Positions 30,284 to 32,000 of a stretch of DNA of 32,000 bases are shown here, in pieces (position 1 is the first letter of the stretch; each line of letters begins with the position of its first letter). This stretch comes from Candidatus Saccharimonadota bacterium (lineage in GTDB: Bacteria > Bacteroidota > Bacteroidia > Cytophagales > Amoebophilaceae): contig NZ_OW441264.1 of assembly GCF_936981045.1 (NCBI RefSeq), positions 360,001-392,000 of the forward strand, given 5' to 3'. Under the pieces are notes generated by a model. That model saw only the letters and a program-made list of their open reading frames with translations. It was not told the origin of the DNA and ran no database searches. The position numbers and the translations under genes were made by a program.

Positions 30284-31116
30284 GGTTCTGTCGCGTCTAT
30301 AGTTTTTTTAGTATAGGTTTTTCGTTTAAGTCAAATTTTGGATATTATGCGGCCATTAAGATAGCAAAGTTTTCAAAAGTAGAAAGATGATTTTTAGCTC
30401 CTCTTACTTGTCCTTTTTGAATCATACGAATGTTTTCTATCCCTGAAATAGTAATGGAAGCAGAATAAAAATTCTTAAAACCCAGCATAGGTTTTATCCG
30501 TTTTTTGATAAACCTATGATCTTGTTCAACTCTATTATTCAAATATTTGTTTTGCAATATTTGAATGGTATGATCTTGATCAAGATCTGTATTGATCGCA
30601 TCAAGGGCAGCTTTATTACTACCGCTTTTGTCAATTACTACTTTCTTAGGAATATTATTTTCTGTGATCGCCTTTCGAAAAAAAGAAAGCGTTGAAGACT
30701 TGTCTCTATGCTCAGATAGAAAAAAGTCAACTGTATCACCATAACGATCTACTGCTCTATATAAATAGATCCACTTCCCGTTTAGTTTAACATAGGTTTC
30801 ATCCATTCTCCAACTACTACCAACTGGTCGTTTTCTTTTTCTTACTGCTTTATCTATCAGAGGAACAAACTTAATAACCCATCTCTGTAGCGTAGAATGA
30901 TCAACTCTTGCGCCTCTCATACGCATCATCTCTTCCAAATCTCTATAGCTCAAGGAAAAACGACACTTCATGTATACAAATAACAGGATGACTTCTGATG
31001 AAGAACAATAACCTTTAAAATATGGTAATAACTCGGGAGAAATATTAAACATAATAACTACTTTTTTAAATACCGATACTAAAATAATCATTTTTTAGAA
31101 TAAACGCGACAGAACC
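30284..31116 (-). mobile_element. IS6-family insertion sequence, copy B (833 nt)
   Basis: Same termini as copy A and the same orientation. The flanks AAAAGAGA / CAAAATTA are not duplicated. The right end lies 5 nt from the murI stop codon. Confidence 0.9.
30345..31052 (-). CDS. IS6-family (IS26-like) DDE transposase
   Basis: The listed 248-aa ORF differs from that of copy A at two residues (T/K, I/V). The family-typical start is the ATG at 31052; the listed ORF extends to 31091. Confidence 0.9.
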   Translation of the reverse strand: MFNISPELLPYFKGYCSSSEVILLFVYMKCRFSLSYRDLEEMMRMRGARVDHSTLQRWVIKFVPLIDKAVRKRKRPVGSSWRMDETYVKLNGKWIYLYRAVDRYGDTVDFFLSEHRDKSSTLSFFRKAITENNIPKKVVIDKSGSNKAALDAINTDLDQDHTIQILQNKYLNNRVEQDHRFIKKRIKPMLGFKNFYSASITISGIENIRMIQKGQVRGAKNHLSTFENFAILMAA

Positions 31117-31121
31117 CAAAA

Positions 31122-31997
31122 TTATACTATCGACCTATCACAACAGACTCGGTCTATTGATTGCGTATCGTTCACTAGGTTAATTTCTATAGGGGTTTGC
31201 CCAAATAGTTTCTTGCTGGCATTTTTAAAAGATGGGGTTAGTGCAGTTGCCATAAAACGATCAAGTGGTGTTCTTTCTGTGGTGTTTAAGAGATTATGTG
31301 CAGTTAAAAATTTTTTGACTGCTAATGCGGTAAGTTTTGCTACATCTATTATTTCAATTTCTTTTGGATAATGCGCCCTGACAAAACTTTTTAATGCTTT
31401 TTCTAAAAATATATAATGTGTACAAGCTGGGATCAGTGCATCTAAATGCGGGGGAGCGATTTGATTTAAATAATGATCTAATAAAAGGTGATCTATCTTG
31501 CTCCCATTGAAACAAGCTTCTACCATAGGCACCAGTAGGGGAGTGGCTAGAGCAGTAAGTCTAATGCCAGTGGTGCGCAATCGTTCTGCATAGATGCCAT
31601 TTGATACGGTATAGTGGGTACCTATAAGACCGACCTGGTTATAACGGTTGGTTGCATTAATATAGGTTATTACTGGGTCAATGACATTGATGATATCAAT
31701 TTCTGCTCCTATGGCTTTAAGATAAGATGGCAAAAACCGATCTGCAGCAGCAGTGGCAGTGTTACAAGCCATCACCAGCAGCTTATAGTCTTTACTTAAG
31801 CAAAAATTTATTACTTGTGCGATATAGCCACGTAGCGCCATCGATCTCTTTTCACCATAAGGCAAGTTTTTAGTATCTCCGATATAATGAATTGTTTCTT
31901 GTGGTAAAAGTGCTTTGATGACGCTAGCAATGGCCAAACCCCCTATGCCGCTGTCGTAAATGGCAATAGGGGCATGCTTATAGGTATCGGAACACAC
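31122..31997 (-). CDS. murI: Glutamate racemase
   Basis: IAIYDSGIGGL, MACNTATAAA and PACTHYIFL motifs. GTG start at 31997; the frame is still open at the window edge, so the true start could lie outside the window. Confidence 0.88.
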   Translation of the reverse strand: MCSDTYKHAPIAIYDSGIGGLAIASVIKALLPQETIHYIGDTKNLPYGEKRSMALRGYIAQVINFCLSKDYKLLVMACNTATAAADRFLPSYLKAIGAEIDIINVIDPVITYINATNRYNQVGLIGTHYTVSNGIYAERLRTTGIRLTALATPLLVPMVEACFNGSKIDHLLLDHYLNQIAPPHLDALIPACTHYIFLEKALKSFVRAHYPKEIEIIDVAKLTALAVKKFLTAHNLLNTTERTPLDRFMATALTPSFKNASKKLFGQTPIEINLVNDTQSIDRVCCDRSIV

Positions 31998-32000
31998 AAT

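Overview
This is an AT-rich bacterial chromosome segment in which ordinary housekeeping genes are heavily broken up by mobile DNA.

**Housekeeping genes.** clpB (5' partial), mraY, an acyl-CoA ligase, smpB, a SPOR-domain protein, a SUMF1/GldJ-GldK-like lipoprotein, comF, an M16 peptidase homolog, rplM-rpsI-rpsB-tsf, mnmA, nadK, an ftsB-like gene, mutL and murI.

**Likely source (unverified inference).** The gene content and order look Bacteroidota-like. Low GC together with this IS load resembles what is known for intracellular symbionts of the Amoebophilus/Cardinium type.

**Mobile and decayed DNA.**
- Six near-identical copies of a ~240-nt non-coding MITE-like element with 16-nt inverted termini. 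Four of the six have 5-nt AT-only target duplications.
- Two 833-nt IS6-family copies, plus a third decayed copy.
- An IS4-family element.
- An IS256-family element with a frameshifted transposase.
- A 5' fragment of a group II intron.
- An IS3-family orfA remnant.
- A 51-codon enolase fragment.

**Accessory content.**
- Two tandem, divergent GYSQG alpha/beta-hydrolase paralogs, each bracketed by MITE copies. One is split by a single in-frame TGA.
- A 431-aa orphan putative lipoprotein with an acidic tail.
- A ~185-nt imperfect palindrome encoding mirrored mini-ORFs.

I could not recognise a defined novel multi-gene system such as defence, secretion or toxin-antitoxin. The most interesting signals are the MITE family, the MITE-bracketed hydrolase pair, the reconstructable nested-insertion pile at 5.9-10.4 kb, the palindrome and the orphan protein. 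All coordinates were derived by hand from the sequence, so element boundaries may be off by a few nucleotides.
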